From the NCBI GenBank assembly GCA_963842215.1, contig CAWJFQ010000001.1:1297941-1361940 (forward strand): DNA of 64,000 bases. The letters run 5' to 3'. Shown piece by piece: positions 37,020-46,999 of the stretch (positions are counted from its first letter, which is position 1; each line of letters opens with the position of its first letter). The notes below the pieces were generated by a model. It saw only the letters and a list, made by a program, of their open reading frames with translations, did not search any database and was not told the DNA's origin. The translations under genes and the position numbers were made by a program. Origin of the DNA: an uncultured delta proteobacterium. Its GTDB lineage: Bacteria; Desulfobacterota; Binatia; Binatales; Binataceae.

Positions 37020-37901
37020 ATGGCAAACGAAATTTTCGACCGCAAAGAGGTGTATGTCGGCCGCGATTTCGGCGGCATGACCTACGACATCACGCCCGAT
37101 TTCGTCGCGAAGTACATCGCCGGCACCGGCGACGACAATCCCTGGTATCGCGGCGACTCACCGCTCGGCGGCCCGATCGCTCCCGCGCTGATTCTATACG
37201 ACGCGGTTTACCGAACGCTCGGTTGGTATCTGCCGAACATCTTCGGCAACCTGCACACGCGCCAGGAATGGGAACTGTTCGCGCCAGTAATGGTCGGCGA
37301 GCGCCTCACGACTCGCTCCGTCATCGTCGACCGCTACATCAAACGCGATCGCGAATACGTGGTAAATGAAGTGCTCGTCGGCAACGCGTCGGGACAAATC
37401 GTATCGCGCAGTCGCACCCATCAGAGCTTCCTGCTGCCCGAACAGACCAAGCAGGGTTTCGTCATCGATCGCGCGCGCGAAAAAGACTCGTCGCGCTCGT
37501 TCAAAATCGGCGAGCGTGGCGGCGATCCAATCGACTCTCCAATGCGCAAGATCACCGAAGAAATGTGCATGGCCTTCTCCGGGCCCGCACGCAACTATCA
37601 CAATGACAAGCAGAAGGCGGTCGAGCTGGGATTCCCGGAAATCGTCGTGCAAGGGATGTTGTCGGTATGCCTGGTCGCCGAAATGATGACGCGACGCTTC
37701 GGACTTGGCTTCTACCACGGCGGCAAAATGGATTTGCGGCTCGTCAACGTCGTGTGGGGCAACGACGTCACCGGCCCCAAGGGATTGATTGTCGAGCGCC
37801 GGCACGAAGGTAACCGCTCACGCGCCGAAGTCGAAGCCTGGTGCGACAAAGCCGACGGAACCAAGACCATCGTCGGCGGCGCCAGCGCGCTCGAACTGTA
37901 G
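37020..37901 (+). CDS. MaoC-like (double hot-dog) dehydratase/hydratase
   Basis: ORF 36900..37901 trimmed to ATG 37020. 293 aa. N-terminal FAS1/MaoC-N-like region (YIAGTGDDNPWY) and C-terminal MaoC-like region (NYHNDKQKAVELGFPEIVVQGM). Confidence 0.65.
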   Translation: MANEIFDRKEVYVGRDFGGMTYDITPDFVAKYIAGTGDDNPWYRGDSPLGGPIAPALILYDAVYRTLGWYLPNIFGNLHTRQEWELFAPVMVGERLTTRSVIVDRYIKRDREYVVNEVLVGNASGQIVSRSRTHQSFLLPEQTKQGFVIDRAREKDSSRSFKIGERGGDPIDSPMRKITEEMCMAFSGPARNYHNDKQKAVELGFPEIVVQGMLSVCLVAEMMTRRFGLGFYHGGKMDLRLVNVVWGNDVTGPKGLIVERRHEGNRSRAEVEAWCDKADGTKTIVGGASALEL

Positions 37902-37911
37902 CGCCAAACGC

Positions 37912-38136
37912 GTGCGCGAGAGCATCTTTCTCCTGGTGCTCGCATCGATGTTCGCAACGGGATGCGCCAGTCGATGCGACCGCGCCCAGACCAGGTGCCA
38001 GTCTGACTGCAATCGCAATTACCAGGTCTGCGAACTACACGGTAACGACGAATTCTATTGTCGCAACGCGATAGGCAATTGCACGGCGACCTGCCAGGCC
38101 GACCGCGCCGGTTGTCATTCGTCGCTGTGGTTTTGA
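37912..38136 (+). CDS. Small Cys-rich lipoprotein, hypothetical
   Basis: GTG 37912 lies in frame within ORF 37789..38136. Lipobox MFATGC followed by 8 more Cys in 55 residues (CDRAQTRCQSDCNRNYQVCELHGNDEFYCRNAIGNCTATCQADRAGC). 10 nt after the MaoC stop. Confidence 0.45.
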   Translation: MRESIFLLVLASMFATGCASRCDRAQTRCQSDCNRNYQVCELHGNDEFYCRNAIGNCTATCQADRAGCHSSLWF

Positions 38137-38143
38137 ATGACTA

Positions 38144-39469
38144 CTAGGCCGCCGTGAGCGCTTCGACATCTGCGACTGACTTGGGAGTTGCGGCGGTCAT
38201 CACTTCGTGTCCATTCTCGGTGACCAGCACGTCGTCCTCGATTCGAATCCCGAGTCCTCGAAAACTGTCGGGAACGTCCTCGTCGTCCGGACTCACGTAC
38301 AATCCCGGCTCCACCGTGAGCACCATCCCGGGCTCGAGCACTCGCGACGCGCCGCCGACCCGGTACAGCCCTACATCGTGCACATCCATGCCGAGCCAGT
38401 GACTGGTGCGATGCATGTAGTAGCGCCGATACGCGCCCTTCTCGATTATCTCTTCCGCCGATCCATGCAGGATGCCGAGCTGCCGCATGCCGTCAACCAG
38501 CACGCGCAGAGCCACATCATGCGCGTCGTCAAAGTGCGCGCCAGGCTTGATCACCTCGATCGCCTTCAGCTGTGCGTCGAGCACTACCTGGTACATGCTC
38601 CGCTGCAGGCCTGTGAAGCGCGCGCCAATCGGCGATGTGCGCGTAATGTCGGCCGCGTAAAAATCGTACTCGGCGCCGGCGTCGATCAGCAACAGCTCGC
38701 CGGTGCGCATCTCGCGATCATTGTTGATGTAGTGCAGCGTCGCCGCGTTGGGTCCCGACGCGATGATTGACGGATAGCTCGGACCTGCTGCGCCCTGCGA
38801 ACGAAACGCGTAGTCGACCTCCGCCTCGATTTGCCACTCGTGCATACCGCCGCGCGCTTTCATCATCGCGCGACGATGCGCGTCAGCCGAGATCGCCATC
38901 GCGCGGCGCATCGCTTCGAGCTCTGCCGGCTCCTTCATCAGCCGCGCTTCGTGAATTATGTCACGCGGATCGATTATCGACGACGGTCCCACGCCGATTC
39001 GCGGCCGCATGCTCTGCGCCCATCGAATCAGTTTCATCACCCGCTCATCCATCTTCTCGTTCAGCCCCAGCGGGTAATGCACGCGTTCACTTTTTTCGAG
39101 ATAGCGCGGCAGTATCTTCTCGAGCTCGTCGATGACGTACGCTTTGTCCGCACCGTACTCGATCATCGCGCCCTCGATTCCCGCGCGCCTGCCGGTCCAC
39201 GTCTCGCGCTCCTTGTCGCGCGGCCGCACGAACATCACGAACTCGCCGTCCGGATGTCCCGGCGAAAGCAACGCCACGGATTCCGGCTCGGCAAATCCCG
39301 TCAAGTAGTAGAAGTCGCTGTCTTGCCGATAAACGAACTCGACGTCGCCGGATCGAACCGACACCGGCGCGCTCGGCAAGATCGCAGTCGCGCCCGGCGC
39401 GATCGCTTCCATCATGCGCCGGCGCCGAGCGCGAAAATTGTCGCCGTTGCCGTTAACGCCCATCGCCAT
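38144..39469 (-). CDS. pepP: Xaa-Pro aminopeptidase (M24B)
   Basis: LLIDAGAEYDFYAADITRT, HWLGMDVHD, VLTVEPGLY, GIRIEDDV. 441 aa. Confidence 0.9.
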   Translation of the reverse strand: MAMGVNGNGDNFRARRRRMMEAIAPGATAILPSAPVSVRSGDVEFVYRQDSDFYYLTGFAEPESVALLSPGHPDGEFVMFVRPRDKERETWTGRRAGIEGAMIEYGADKAYVIDELEKILPRYLEKSERVHYPLGLNEKMDERVMKLIRWAQSMRPRIGVGPSSIIDPRDIIHEARLMKEPAELEAMRRAMAISADAHRRAMMKARGGMHEWQIEAEVDYAFRSQGAAGPSYPSIIASGPNAATLHYINNDREMRTGELLLIDAGAEYDFYAADITRTSPIGARFTGLQRSMYQVVLDAQLKAIEVIKPGAHFDDAHDVALRVLVDGMRQLGILHGSAEEIIEKGAYRRYYMHRTSHWLGMDVHDVGLYRVGGASRVLEPGMVLTVEPGLYVSPDDEDVPDSFRGLGIRIEDDVLVTENGHEVMTAATPKSVADVEALTAA

Positions 39470-39537
39470 TCATTACGCCACGCAGCCTCCGCTCACGCTA
39501 GCCCCCGCGCACCTACGCCTGTGGGGTTCCGCGCAGT

Positions 39538-40380
39538 TTATGGCAATCCGGCATGCGGCACTTCAACTTGCGTGGTTTCAATTCTGCCGCCTCGGGTCGC
39601 GCGGCATTTCTCGGGATCGGAATTTGGCGCCGTCGCGACAAACAGCGTCCGCCCGTCAGGTCCGCCGAGCATGCATGCGAACGCGTCCGTCTCCACCTTG
39701 ATTCGCTCGGCGACCTCGCCGCCCTGCCTCACCCGAATCACTTCCGAGCCCATCGCGCACGCTACCCAGATGGCGTTCTCCGCATCGAGGCAAATTCCAT
39801 CAGGCACACTGTTACCGAGCTCTGCCCAGACGCGACGATTCGTGAGCGAACCATCGGCGCTGATGTCGAACGCTGTCAAGCGACGTCCAAACGACTCGCC
39901 TACGATCATCGTTTTTCCATCCGGCGTGATGACCGTGCCGTTGGGAAACAGCATATCCTCAGCCACGATCCGCGCAGCGCCGTTCGGCTCGACCATCACG
40001 AGCGTGGTCCCGCGCGGCTTTTCGTTCTTGTGGAGATCGAATCCAAAGTTGCCGACGTAGGCGCGCCCGTGTGCGTCGACCACCATGTCGTTGCAATCAA
40101 ATGGCGCGAGCTTCGTCATGTCGGCGACGGTCTTCAGCCCGTCGCGATCGAGTCGCATCAGCTTGCGATCCGTCATCGACACTACCAGCATCCGTCCGTC
40201 CGGCAGCCATCCAAGACCCGACGGCCGATTCGGCACCTCGCAGACGACCTCGCGCTTGCCCGCCATATCGACCGCAACCACCTGATGAGCATGCATGTCG
40301 GAAAAGAAGAACTTCCCATCATGCCACCGCGGGCCCTCAGGAAACGCCAGCCCATCAATCAAAACTTTCAGCGTCCGCAT
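39538..40380 (-). CDS. SMP-30/gluconolactonase/LRE family protein
   Basis: EGPRWHDGKFFFSDM, FPNGTVITPDGKTMIV, PDGICLDAENAIWVA. ATG 40380 is preferred over the ORF-track 40443. Confidence 0.8.
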   Translation of the reverse strand: MRTLKVLIDGLAFPEGPRWHDGKFFFSDMHAHQVVAVDMAGKREVVCEVPNRPSGLGWLPDGRMLVVSMTDRKLMRLDRDGLKTVADMTKLAPFDCNDMVVDAHGRAYVGNFGFDLHKNEKPRGTTLVMVEPNGAARIVAEDMLFPNGTVITPDGKTMIVGESFGRRLTAFDISADGSLTNRRVWAELGNSVPDGICLDAENAIWVACAMGSEVIRVRQGGEVAERIKVETDAFACMLGGPDGRTLFVATAPNSDPEKCRATRGGRIETTQVEVPHAGLP

Positions 40381-40396
40381 TTTTTGACCCCAACTT

Positions 40397-41642
40397 CTAG
40401 TCCAGTGCGCCTTTCGCGCGCAGCGCTTCGACCTCGGCCGCACTGTAGCCGAGCAATCCGGTCATCACCTCATTGGTATGCTGGCCGAGCGTAGGCGCCG
40501 CCGTCTTCACTTCGCACGGCGTCCCGCTCATGCGCCAGGGTATTCCGCAATGCTGTCGCTTGCCTACTTCCGGATGTTCGCGGTAGACGAAGTATTCGCG
40601 CTCGTTGAGATGACGGATCCTCCGATAGGTATTTGCTATCCGCGCAAGCTCCCGCCGCGACTCCTGCCGCTTGCAGGGTCTCGACGACGTAAGCGACTCG
40701 TCGCGTCGCCGTCCACTGACTGACTATTGCTTCGAGTTCGTCTTCATTGGCTTTGCGCGCCGCCAGCGTCGCGAATCGCGAATCCTTGGCCAGGTCAGGC
40801 TTACCTATTGCAATAGCCAGTCGCGTCCATTCCGCGTCGTCAGCACATACTATTGCGACCCATTGATCGATCGTCACGTCGAGAATTTTCTCCGGCAAAT
40901 CGACGCACTTGAACATTCCGTGAGGCGCCATCATCGGATCGCGATTCCCGTTTCGCTCCGGCTCGCGCCCGTTCATCGTGTATTCTAAAATCCCTTCTGC
41001 CAGCAGGTCCATCGCGCACTCCCACTGGCTCATGTCGATATATTGTCCCTCGCCGGTTTTCGCGCGATGAAACAGCGCGCTTATTATCGCGAACGCGCCG
41101 TGCACTCCCGCGTTGGGATCGGCGTAGCTGAAACCCGCGTGCATCGGAGGAAATCCCTTATAGCCAGTCAGCGCCGACAGCCCCGACAGCGGAACCTGCG
41201 CCGGTCCATAAGCGACGTACTCACTATACGGCCCGGTGTCGCCGTAACCCGACAGAGTAATCATTACTACCTTCGGATTTACTTTCTTCACCTCCTCGTA
41301 ACCGAATCCCATCTTCTCGATCACGCCGGCGGCGAAATTGTTGATTACTACGTCGCTCTGCTTGATCAGCCGCCACGCCGCTTCCTGCGCCTCGGGATGC
41401 TTGAAATTCAGCGACAGCGATTTCTTGCCCTGGTTGTACTGATTGAAGTAGCCCGATTTGTTGACGCCGTCGAAGATGCCGTCGGGCCACGGCGGCAGCA
41501 TCCGCGTGACGCACGGCCGCGTCTTGGTCTCGATCCTGATCACTTCGGCGCCAAGATGAGCCAGTTGCAGGGTGCAGTACGGCCCGGCCCACACCCAGGT
41601 GAAATCGCAAACTCGAATTCCCGACAGAGGAGGCTTCGCCAT
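40397..41642 (-). CDS. Family III CoA-transferase (CaiB/BaiF), C-terminal frameshift
   Basis: LSGIRVCDFTWVWAGPYCTLQLAHLGAEVIRIE. The ORF-track stop at 40470 follows about 48 out-of-frame codons. Skipping one base near 40613 restores EDP-HLNEREYFVYREHPEVGKRQHCGIPWRMSGTPCEVKTAAPTLGQHTNEVMTGLLGYSAAEVEALRAKGALD, with the stop codon at 40397-40399. Confidence 0.8.
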
Positions 41643-41644
41643 CG

Positions 41645-42850
41645 CTAAATCACACCCTTGCGCTTGAGTTCGTCGAGCCGCGCCGGCGAGAGTCCGAGCT
41701 CACCGAATACTTCCGCGTTTTGCTGTCCGAGCGTCGGCGCCGGCCGGCGGATTTCCCATGGCGTGCGCTCGAACTTCAGCGGCGCGCCGGGATACTTATG
41801 CGTCCCGGCGATCGGCTGCGCGATCTCGACGAAAAATCCGCGCGCCTGCAGATGCTCGGAGTTGAGCAGATCGCCCATCGTCGAGACCGGTGCGAACGGC
41901 ACGCGCTTGGCCTGCGCCTTGCGGTACAAATCGAGCACCGTCTGCTGGCTGACCCATTCTTCAAGTAATGGTTTAAGTGCGTCCCAGTTTTGCGCGCGTA
42001 CCAGCCGGTCCTTGAAAATCTCCATCTCCGCCCATTCCGGATTGCCCATGATCTCGACGAAGTTGCGCCACTGATGCTCTTCGATGCAGCACAGGTAAAT
42101 GTAGCCGTCCTTGCACTGCATCGTCTCGACCGGCTGCAGCGGTTTCTGCCCGAGCCGCGTCGCGATCATCTTCATGTACGGCCAGTACTCGAAGGTCATC
42201 TCGAGGATCGACGCGATCGATTCCTGCACCGACACCTCGATATGCTGTCCCGCGCCGTCGCTAAGCTGGGCGAACGCCGCCGCCACCGTCGCAGTCGCGG
42301 CATGCACTCCGCCCTGGTACCCCGCCTGCTGTCCCGCGGTCTTTAGCGGTGGCAACTCCGGATGCTCCGGGCCGCCGCCGTTGAGCACGCACACCCCGCC
42401 CGCTGCCCAGACAGTCAGATTCTCGGCGCGGTAGTTGCGATACGGACCGGTCAATCCGAACGGCACGATCGACGTCATGATCAGCTTCGGATTTACACGG
42501 CGCATGCGATCGTAGGTCAGCCCCACGCGATCCATTTCGGGCGGCGCGACGTTGTGGACCAGGATATCGGCGCCCGCTATCAGCTTCTGCAAAATCTCGA
42601 AGCCTTCAGGCTTGGTGATATCGAGCGTGACGCCGCGCTTGTTCGTATTGAGATAGAGAAACAGTCCGCTGGTTTCGGGATTCGGTTGATCGCCGGGAAA
42701 CGGCCCACGCGTCCGCGCCCGATCGCCGACGCCGGGCCTCTCGACTTTAACGACCTCGGCGCCCATGTCCGCCAGCAGCTTGCTGCAATACGGCGCCGAC
42801 ACCATCTCGCCAACTTCGACGATCTTTAGACTGGATAGAGCTCCCGCCAT
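41645..42850 (-). CDS. Family III CoA-transferase (CaiB/BaiF), intact
   Basis: LSSLKIVEVGEMVSAPYCSKLLADMGAEVVKVE. C-terminus APTLGQQNAEVFGELGLSPARLDELKRKGVI. Confidence 0.85.
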   Translation of the reverse strand: MAGALSSLKIVEVGEMVSAPYCSKLLADMGAEVVKVERPGVGDRARTRGPFPGDQPNPETSGLFLYLNTNKRGVTLDITKPEGFEILQKLIAGADILVHNVAPPEMDRVGLTYDRMRRVNPKLIMTSIVPFGLTGPYRNYRAENLTVWAAGGVCVLNGGGPEHPELPPLKTAGQQAGYQGGVHAATATVAAAFAQLSDGAGQHIEVSVQESIASILEMTFEYWPYMKMIATRLGQKPLQPVETMQCKDGYIYLCCIEEHQWRNFVEIMGNPEWAEMEIFKDRLVRAQNWDALKPLLEEWVSQQTVLDLYRKAQAKRVPFAPVSTMGDLLNSEHLQARGFFVEIAQPIAGTHKYPGAPLKFERTPWEIRRPAPTLGQQNAEVFGELGLSPARLDELKRKGVI

Positions 42851-42907
42851 CTATACTCCTTCCCACATCCTTGCCGCCGGTCCCGTGTGGAACGGCGCCG
42901 GGTCAGG

Positions 42908-43180
42908 TTACTCGGGAAACACCTGCCGGAACGGCTTCACCTCGACGCGCTCAAATACTCCCTTGGTCACGTATGGGTCGCTGTTCGCAAACGCGATCGC
43001 TTCCGCTTCGCTCTCCATATCCACCACGATAAGACTGCCACTGCCGTCGGTGAATGGTCCGGCTATCTTCACCTTGCCGGCTCGATCGAGCGGCCGCAGA
43101 TTTTCGAGGTGCTCCGTCCTGATCTTGGGCCGCAGCACAGCGCCGTCGGGTCCGTCATGGCCGATAATCACGAACAACAT
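42908..43180 (-). CDS. YciI family protein
   Basis: 90 aa: MLFVIIGHDGPDG...HLENLRPLDRAGKVKIAGPF...DPYVTKGVFERVEVKPF. Confidence 0.75.
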   Translation of the reverse strand: MLFVIIGHDGPDGAVLRPKIRTEHLENLRPLDRAGKVKIAGPFTDGSGSLIVVDMESEAEAIAFANSDPYVTKGVFERVEVKPFRQVFPE

Positions 43181-43307
43181 CGCATAGTCCTTTCAGAAGA
43201 AATACGCCGGAACAGCCCGTGTTAATTAGCACGGCCCGACCTCGCTCGCAAAATCGCTCAGGACACCCAGGTGCAGGGATTCCCTGACCAGGGAAGCAGT
43301 TGGAAAT

Positions 43308-43326
43308 GAAACCCACGGCGGGTTTC
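43308..43326 (-). terminator. Hairpin downstream of the deoxyhypusine-synthase-like gene
   Basis: GAAACCC-ACGGC-GGGTTTC, 28 nt after the stop at 43354. Weak T-tract on the minus strand (ATTTCC). Confidence 0.3.
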
Positions 43327-43353
43327 ACAATGAGATGAAGTTATTCCCTTTCC

Positions 43354-44403
43354 CTAGACCTGATCTTTATCCAGCGACGAGCTCCACTTGCGCGAGGCAC
43401 GGCCTTCCCATCCGCGCTTGTGATACGCGTACCCAACTATCAGAGGCACGGCGATCGTCGCTTCGCAGTACACCATCTGCTCGTAAGTCGTATCGACTTT
43501 GCCCCAGCTGCTCGCCTCTTTGAGCGTGCTGCCCGAGAGCGCACCGTCACGCACGTCGGCGACCGTGATCTGAATTGCGTATTTGTGCATGGGCACGTCA
43601 TGCCCCAACACTTCAGCAGCGACGACGATGTCCTGCGCGAAATTTTTCGGCACTCCACCGCCGATCATGAACAGCCCCGTGCTTTCGTTTTTGACCTTGA
43701 GACGCGTCAGCTCGTAAAAATCCTTGGCGCTGTCGAGCGAGACTTTGGGCTTGCCGTGCCGCGCCGCTTGATGGGCGACCAGGCCGAAGCCGGCCGAGCA
43801 GTCGCTGAAGGCCGGGCAGAAAATCGGCACTTCTTCGCGATAGGCCTCGAGCACGATACTGGCGCCGGTCTTCGCACCTGTCTCCGCCAGGTACTTGCCC
43901 ATCTCACCGACAAATTCGCGTGACGAGTACGGCCGCGGATCCAGGCTGTCGGTAATTTTGTGAATCGTCTCGTCGCACACCCGCAGTTCGTCTTCGTCGA
44001 TAAGCGTGTCGTAGATGCGATCGATATGCAGTTCGCGCAGCTTGTCGTCGTCGAGTCCATACTTGAAGCGATCCTCGGCCATCCAGTGCTTGAAGCCGAG
44101 CGCTTCGAAAAAATCCTGATCGACGATGTTTGCGCCGGTGCTCACAATCGCATCGACCATGTGATTGCGAATCATGTCGGCGAAGACGCGCTTGAGTCCC
44201 GCGCTGATAAGCGAACCCGCCAGGCACAGGATCACGGCACAGTCGCGATCGCGCAGCATGCGGTCGTAAATCGTCGCCGCGCGATGCAGGTCGCGGGCGC
44301 TGTAGGCCATCTGCCCCATCGCCTCGACGAGTGGCACAACGCTGTCGCGCGTGATGTCGACGTGTTCGATCGGCCGCTTCAGGAATTCCGACTTGCTACT
44401 CAT
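43354..44403 (-). CDS. Deoxyhypusine synthase-like protein
   Basis: ILCLAGSLISAGL, VSTGANIVDQDFFEALG, MIGGGVPKNF. ATG 44403 is preferred over the ORF-track 44502. Confidence 0.75.
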   Translation of the reverse strand: MSSKSEFLKRPIEHVDITRDSVVPLVEAMGQMAYSARDLHRAATIYDRMLRDRDCAVILCLAGSLISAGLKRVFADMIRNHMVDAIVSTGANIVDQDFFEALGFKHWMAEDRFKYGLDDDKLRELHIDRIYDTLIDEDELRVCDETIHKITDSLDPRPYSSREFVGEMGKYLAETGAKTGASIVLEAYREEVPIFCPAFSDCSAGFGLVAHQAARHGKPKVSLDSAKDFYELTRLKVKNESTGLFMIGGGVPKNFAQDIVVAAEVLGHDVPMHKYAIQITVADVRDGALSGSTLKEASSWGKVDTTYEQMVYCEATIAVPLIVGYAYHKRGWEGRASRKWSSSLDKDQV

Positions 44404-44465
44404 TGGCTGCGCCCCGCGATGTACTGATATTGTTTGCCGATAGTACGCATCGGCCAGGTTGTACG

Positions 44466-45254
44466 CTACTTCAGCGGACCGATTCCGCCCACACCCGTCC
44501 AATAGAACATAAAATTCATCGTGCCGAGCGCAATCAGGAACGCAAACGCAACAATGTCCACGGCCCTGACCGGATACTCGATAAACGTCGTCGGCTCGTG
44601 ACTGAAGCCGAAGCCGCGCGCTTCCAGAGCCATCGCCATGTTATTCGCCTTGCGCAGCGCACCCATGAAGACCGGAATCACAACCGGCACGTAGCGGCGC
44701 ACGCGCTCGAGCGGACCGCCCTGGTTGAAATCGTAGCCGCGCAGCCGCTGTGCATCGACGATTGTCACGGCAGAATCGATAAACAGCGGGACCAATCGGA
44801 ATGAGAGCGAGATCGCAAAACTGACGCGATACGGCACGCGCATCCGCTGCAATCCGTAGGTGAACTCCTCGATCTTGGTGGTCGAAAGAAACAGCACAGA
44901 CGCCGCCAGCAACTCCGCCAGCTTGATTCCGCGCCCCAGGCCAAACACCAGCGACAACCGGCTGACATGAAATACCGGCACGTTTATCAGCACCGCGCCG
45001 CGCCGGTAGAAAACCATCCACGCGATCGTTGTGGTGAAAACCAGGATCGCAAACAACCATCGCAGACGATAGAAGTTCGGCCACGAATCGGTGAGCTGCG
45101 CGATCCACAACATCACCAATCCGACCGGCAGCAGCGCGATCGGGTTGTCCACCCAGTACACCGACCAGAACATGACGAACAGCGCGAATACCTTGACCGT
45201 AGGATGCAGCCGATGCACGAACGTGCCGCGATCGATGTACAAATAAATCGGCAT
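44466..45254 (-). CDS. ecfT: ECF transporter transmembrane (T) component, EcfT/CbiQ type
   Basis: ORF 44466..45704 trimmed to ATG 45254, which forms an ATGA overlap with the ATPase stop. TM-rich. RMRVPYRVSFAISLSFRLVP and ALEARGFG. Confidence 0.75.
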   Translation of the reverse strand: MPIYLYIDRGTFVHRLHPTVKVFALFVMFWSVYWVDNPIALLPVGLVMLWIAQLTDSWPNFYRLRWLFAILVFTTTIAWMVFYRRGAVLINVPVFHVSRLSLVFGLGRGIKLAELLAASVLFLSTTKIEEFTYGLQRMRVPYRVSFAISLSFRLVPLFIDSAVTIVDAQRLRGYDFNQGGPLERVRRYVPVVIPVFMGALRKANNMAMALEARGFGFSHEPTTFIEYPVRAVDIVAFAFLIALGTMNFMFYWTGVGGIGPLK

Positions 45255-46999
45255 CAGGCGCGCCCCTTTACCCACCCGACGAACTCGTCGGTGGTCAGCG
45301 CCAGCGTGCCAAAGCGACGACTCAACTCGGTTATTTCCGGCGCCCGAAACGAAGACGAGCGAAGCAGTTCGTCCTGCATGAAAAACTCGCGCACGCCGCC
45401 ATCGAAAATCTTCACGCCCTTGCGCATCAGCACGACCCGTCGCGCATACTCCGCGACCAGCCACGGCGTATGCGTGATGATCACGATGGCGATGCCCGCG
45501 CGGTTCAGGTCGCGCACCAGCGCCATCATCCGAAGCTGCTCGCGATGGTCCAGGCCGGTGGTCGGCTCGTCGAGGATCAGCATCCGCGGCCGCAGCACCA
45601 GCACGCTTGCTACCGCCAGGCGCTGGCGCTCGCCCTTGCTCAACAGGAACGGATCGCTTTGCCGCTCGCTCTGCAGCCCGACCGCTTCGAGCGCCTCGTC
45701 GCATCGATGCTGAATCTCGTCTGCCGCCAGGCCGAAGTTGCGCGGGCCGAATGCGACTTCATCTTCGACCGTAGCGGCGAAGATCTGATGGTCCGGATTC
45801 TGGAAAACGTAAGCGACTTCGCGCGCGGTCTCTGCGGGACGCAATTGAGTGCGATCTTTGCCATCGATCGTCACGCGGCCGGTCGCCGGCTGCAGCAGCC
45901 CGACGATTTGTTTCGCCAACGTGGTTTTGCCGGAGCCGTTTTGTCCGACGATCGCAAGGAACTCGCCGGCCTCGACCTTGAGCTCGATCGAATCGAGCAC
46001 GCGTGGACCACCCGCGTAGCTGAAGCTCACATTTTCGATACCGATAAACGGCGGACCGTCTATCGCAGGTTTCACGGGCGCCGGTTGTCCGCTCATCTGC
46101 GACTTCGCGATGTTCTCATAAGGGGTGCCCACGACACTCGGGTAGGCACGCACGATTGCGTCGTAAGCCTGCTCGACACTTTTCGGTTGCGCGTCGATTC
46201 CGAGCAACTCGAGCGCATGACCCAGGCCCGGCGGACGCACGCCGCACGCGGTCAGCAGGTCGGCGCGCGCGAACACTTCTGAAGGGGCCCCCTCCGCGGC
46301 TATCTCGCCCTCGCGCAGAACGAGTATCCTGTCAGCGGCGCGCAGCTCCTCGGACTCGTGCTCGATCACGATAAGGCTCAAGCCTTGCGCGCGCAGCCTG
46401 GCAATCAACTCGAAAACTTCGGCTCTGCCTTCGGGATCGAGATCGGTAGTCGGCTCGTCGAGCACGATCACCGACGGCCGCAACGCGAGCACCGACGCTA
46501 TCGCCAGGCGCTGCTTCTCGCCGCCGGACAGCGACATTGGATCGCGATGCTCGAAGCCGCGCAGACCGACCGCCTCCAGCGCCGGCGTGATCCGGCGGTC
46601 CATCTCGGCGCGCTCCATCCCGACCTGTTCCATCGCGAACGCGACTTCGTGCGCGACGTTGGTCGAGAACAACTGCGACTCGAAGTCCTGGAACACCATG
46701 CCAACCTTCGGCGCAACGTCGCAGACGCGCAGATGCTCGAGCTGCTCGCCCGCGATCCGGATGGCACCCTGAAACTCGCCATCCTCAAACTCAGGCACGA
46801 TGCGATTCAAACATTTCGCGAGCGTAGATTTGCCCGCGCCCGACGCGCCCATCACGCCGATCATCTCGCCCGCCGATTGCACGAAGCTCACCGCTCGAAG
46901 GGCAGGACGATCGGCGCCATGATAGGTGAACGTGACGCTATCGACCCAAACCGCGTGCTCGCCAGGAGCTACTGAAAAAATTTGCGCGTCGGTTTTCAC
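45254..46999 (-). CDS. ecfA: Fused tandem ABC ATPase of an ECF transporter (EcfA-EcfA')
   Basis: Two cassettes: GASGAGKST / LSGGEKQRLAIASVL / VLDEPTTDLD and GQNGSGKTT / LSKGERQRLAVASVL / ILDEPTTGLD. GTG 46999 overlaps the upstream stop (GTGA). The upstream part of the 835-aa ORF-track form is a shadow of the S-component gene. Confidence 0.8.
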   Translation of the reverse strand: MKTDAQIFSVAPGEHAVWVDSVTFTYHGADRPALRAVSFVQSAGEMIGVMGASGAGKSTLAKCLNRIVPEFEDGEFQGAIRIAGEQLEHLRVCDVAPKVGMVFQDFESQLFSTNVAHEVAFAMEQVGMERAEMDRRITPALEAVGLRGFEHRDPMSLSGGEKQRLAIASVLALRPSVIVLDEPTTDLDPEGRAEVFELIARLRAQGLSLIVIEHESEELRAADRILVLREGEIAAEGAPSEVFARADLLTACGVRPPGLGHALELLGIDAQPKSVEQAYDAIVRAYPSVVGTPYENIAKSQMSGQPAPVKPAIDGPPFIGIENVSFSYAGGPRVLDSIELKVEAGEFLAIVGQNGSGKTTLAKQIVGLLQPATGRVTIDGKDRTQLRPAETAREVAYVFQNPDHQIFAATVEDEVAFGPRNFGLAADEIQHRCDEALEAVGLQSERQSDPFLLSKGERQRLAVASVLVLRPRMLILDEPTTGLDHREQLRMMALVRDLNRAGIAIVIITHTPWLVAEYARRVVLMRKGVKIFDGGVREFFMQDELLRSSSFRAPEITELSRRFGTLALTTDEFVGWVKGRA

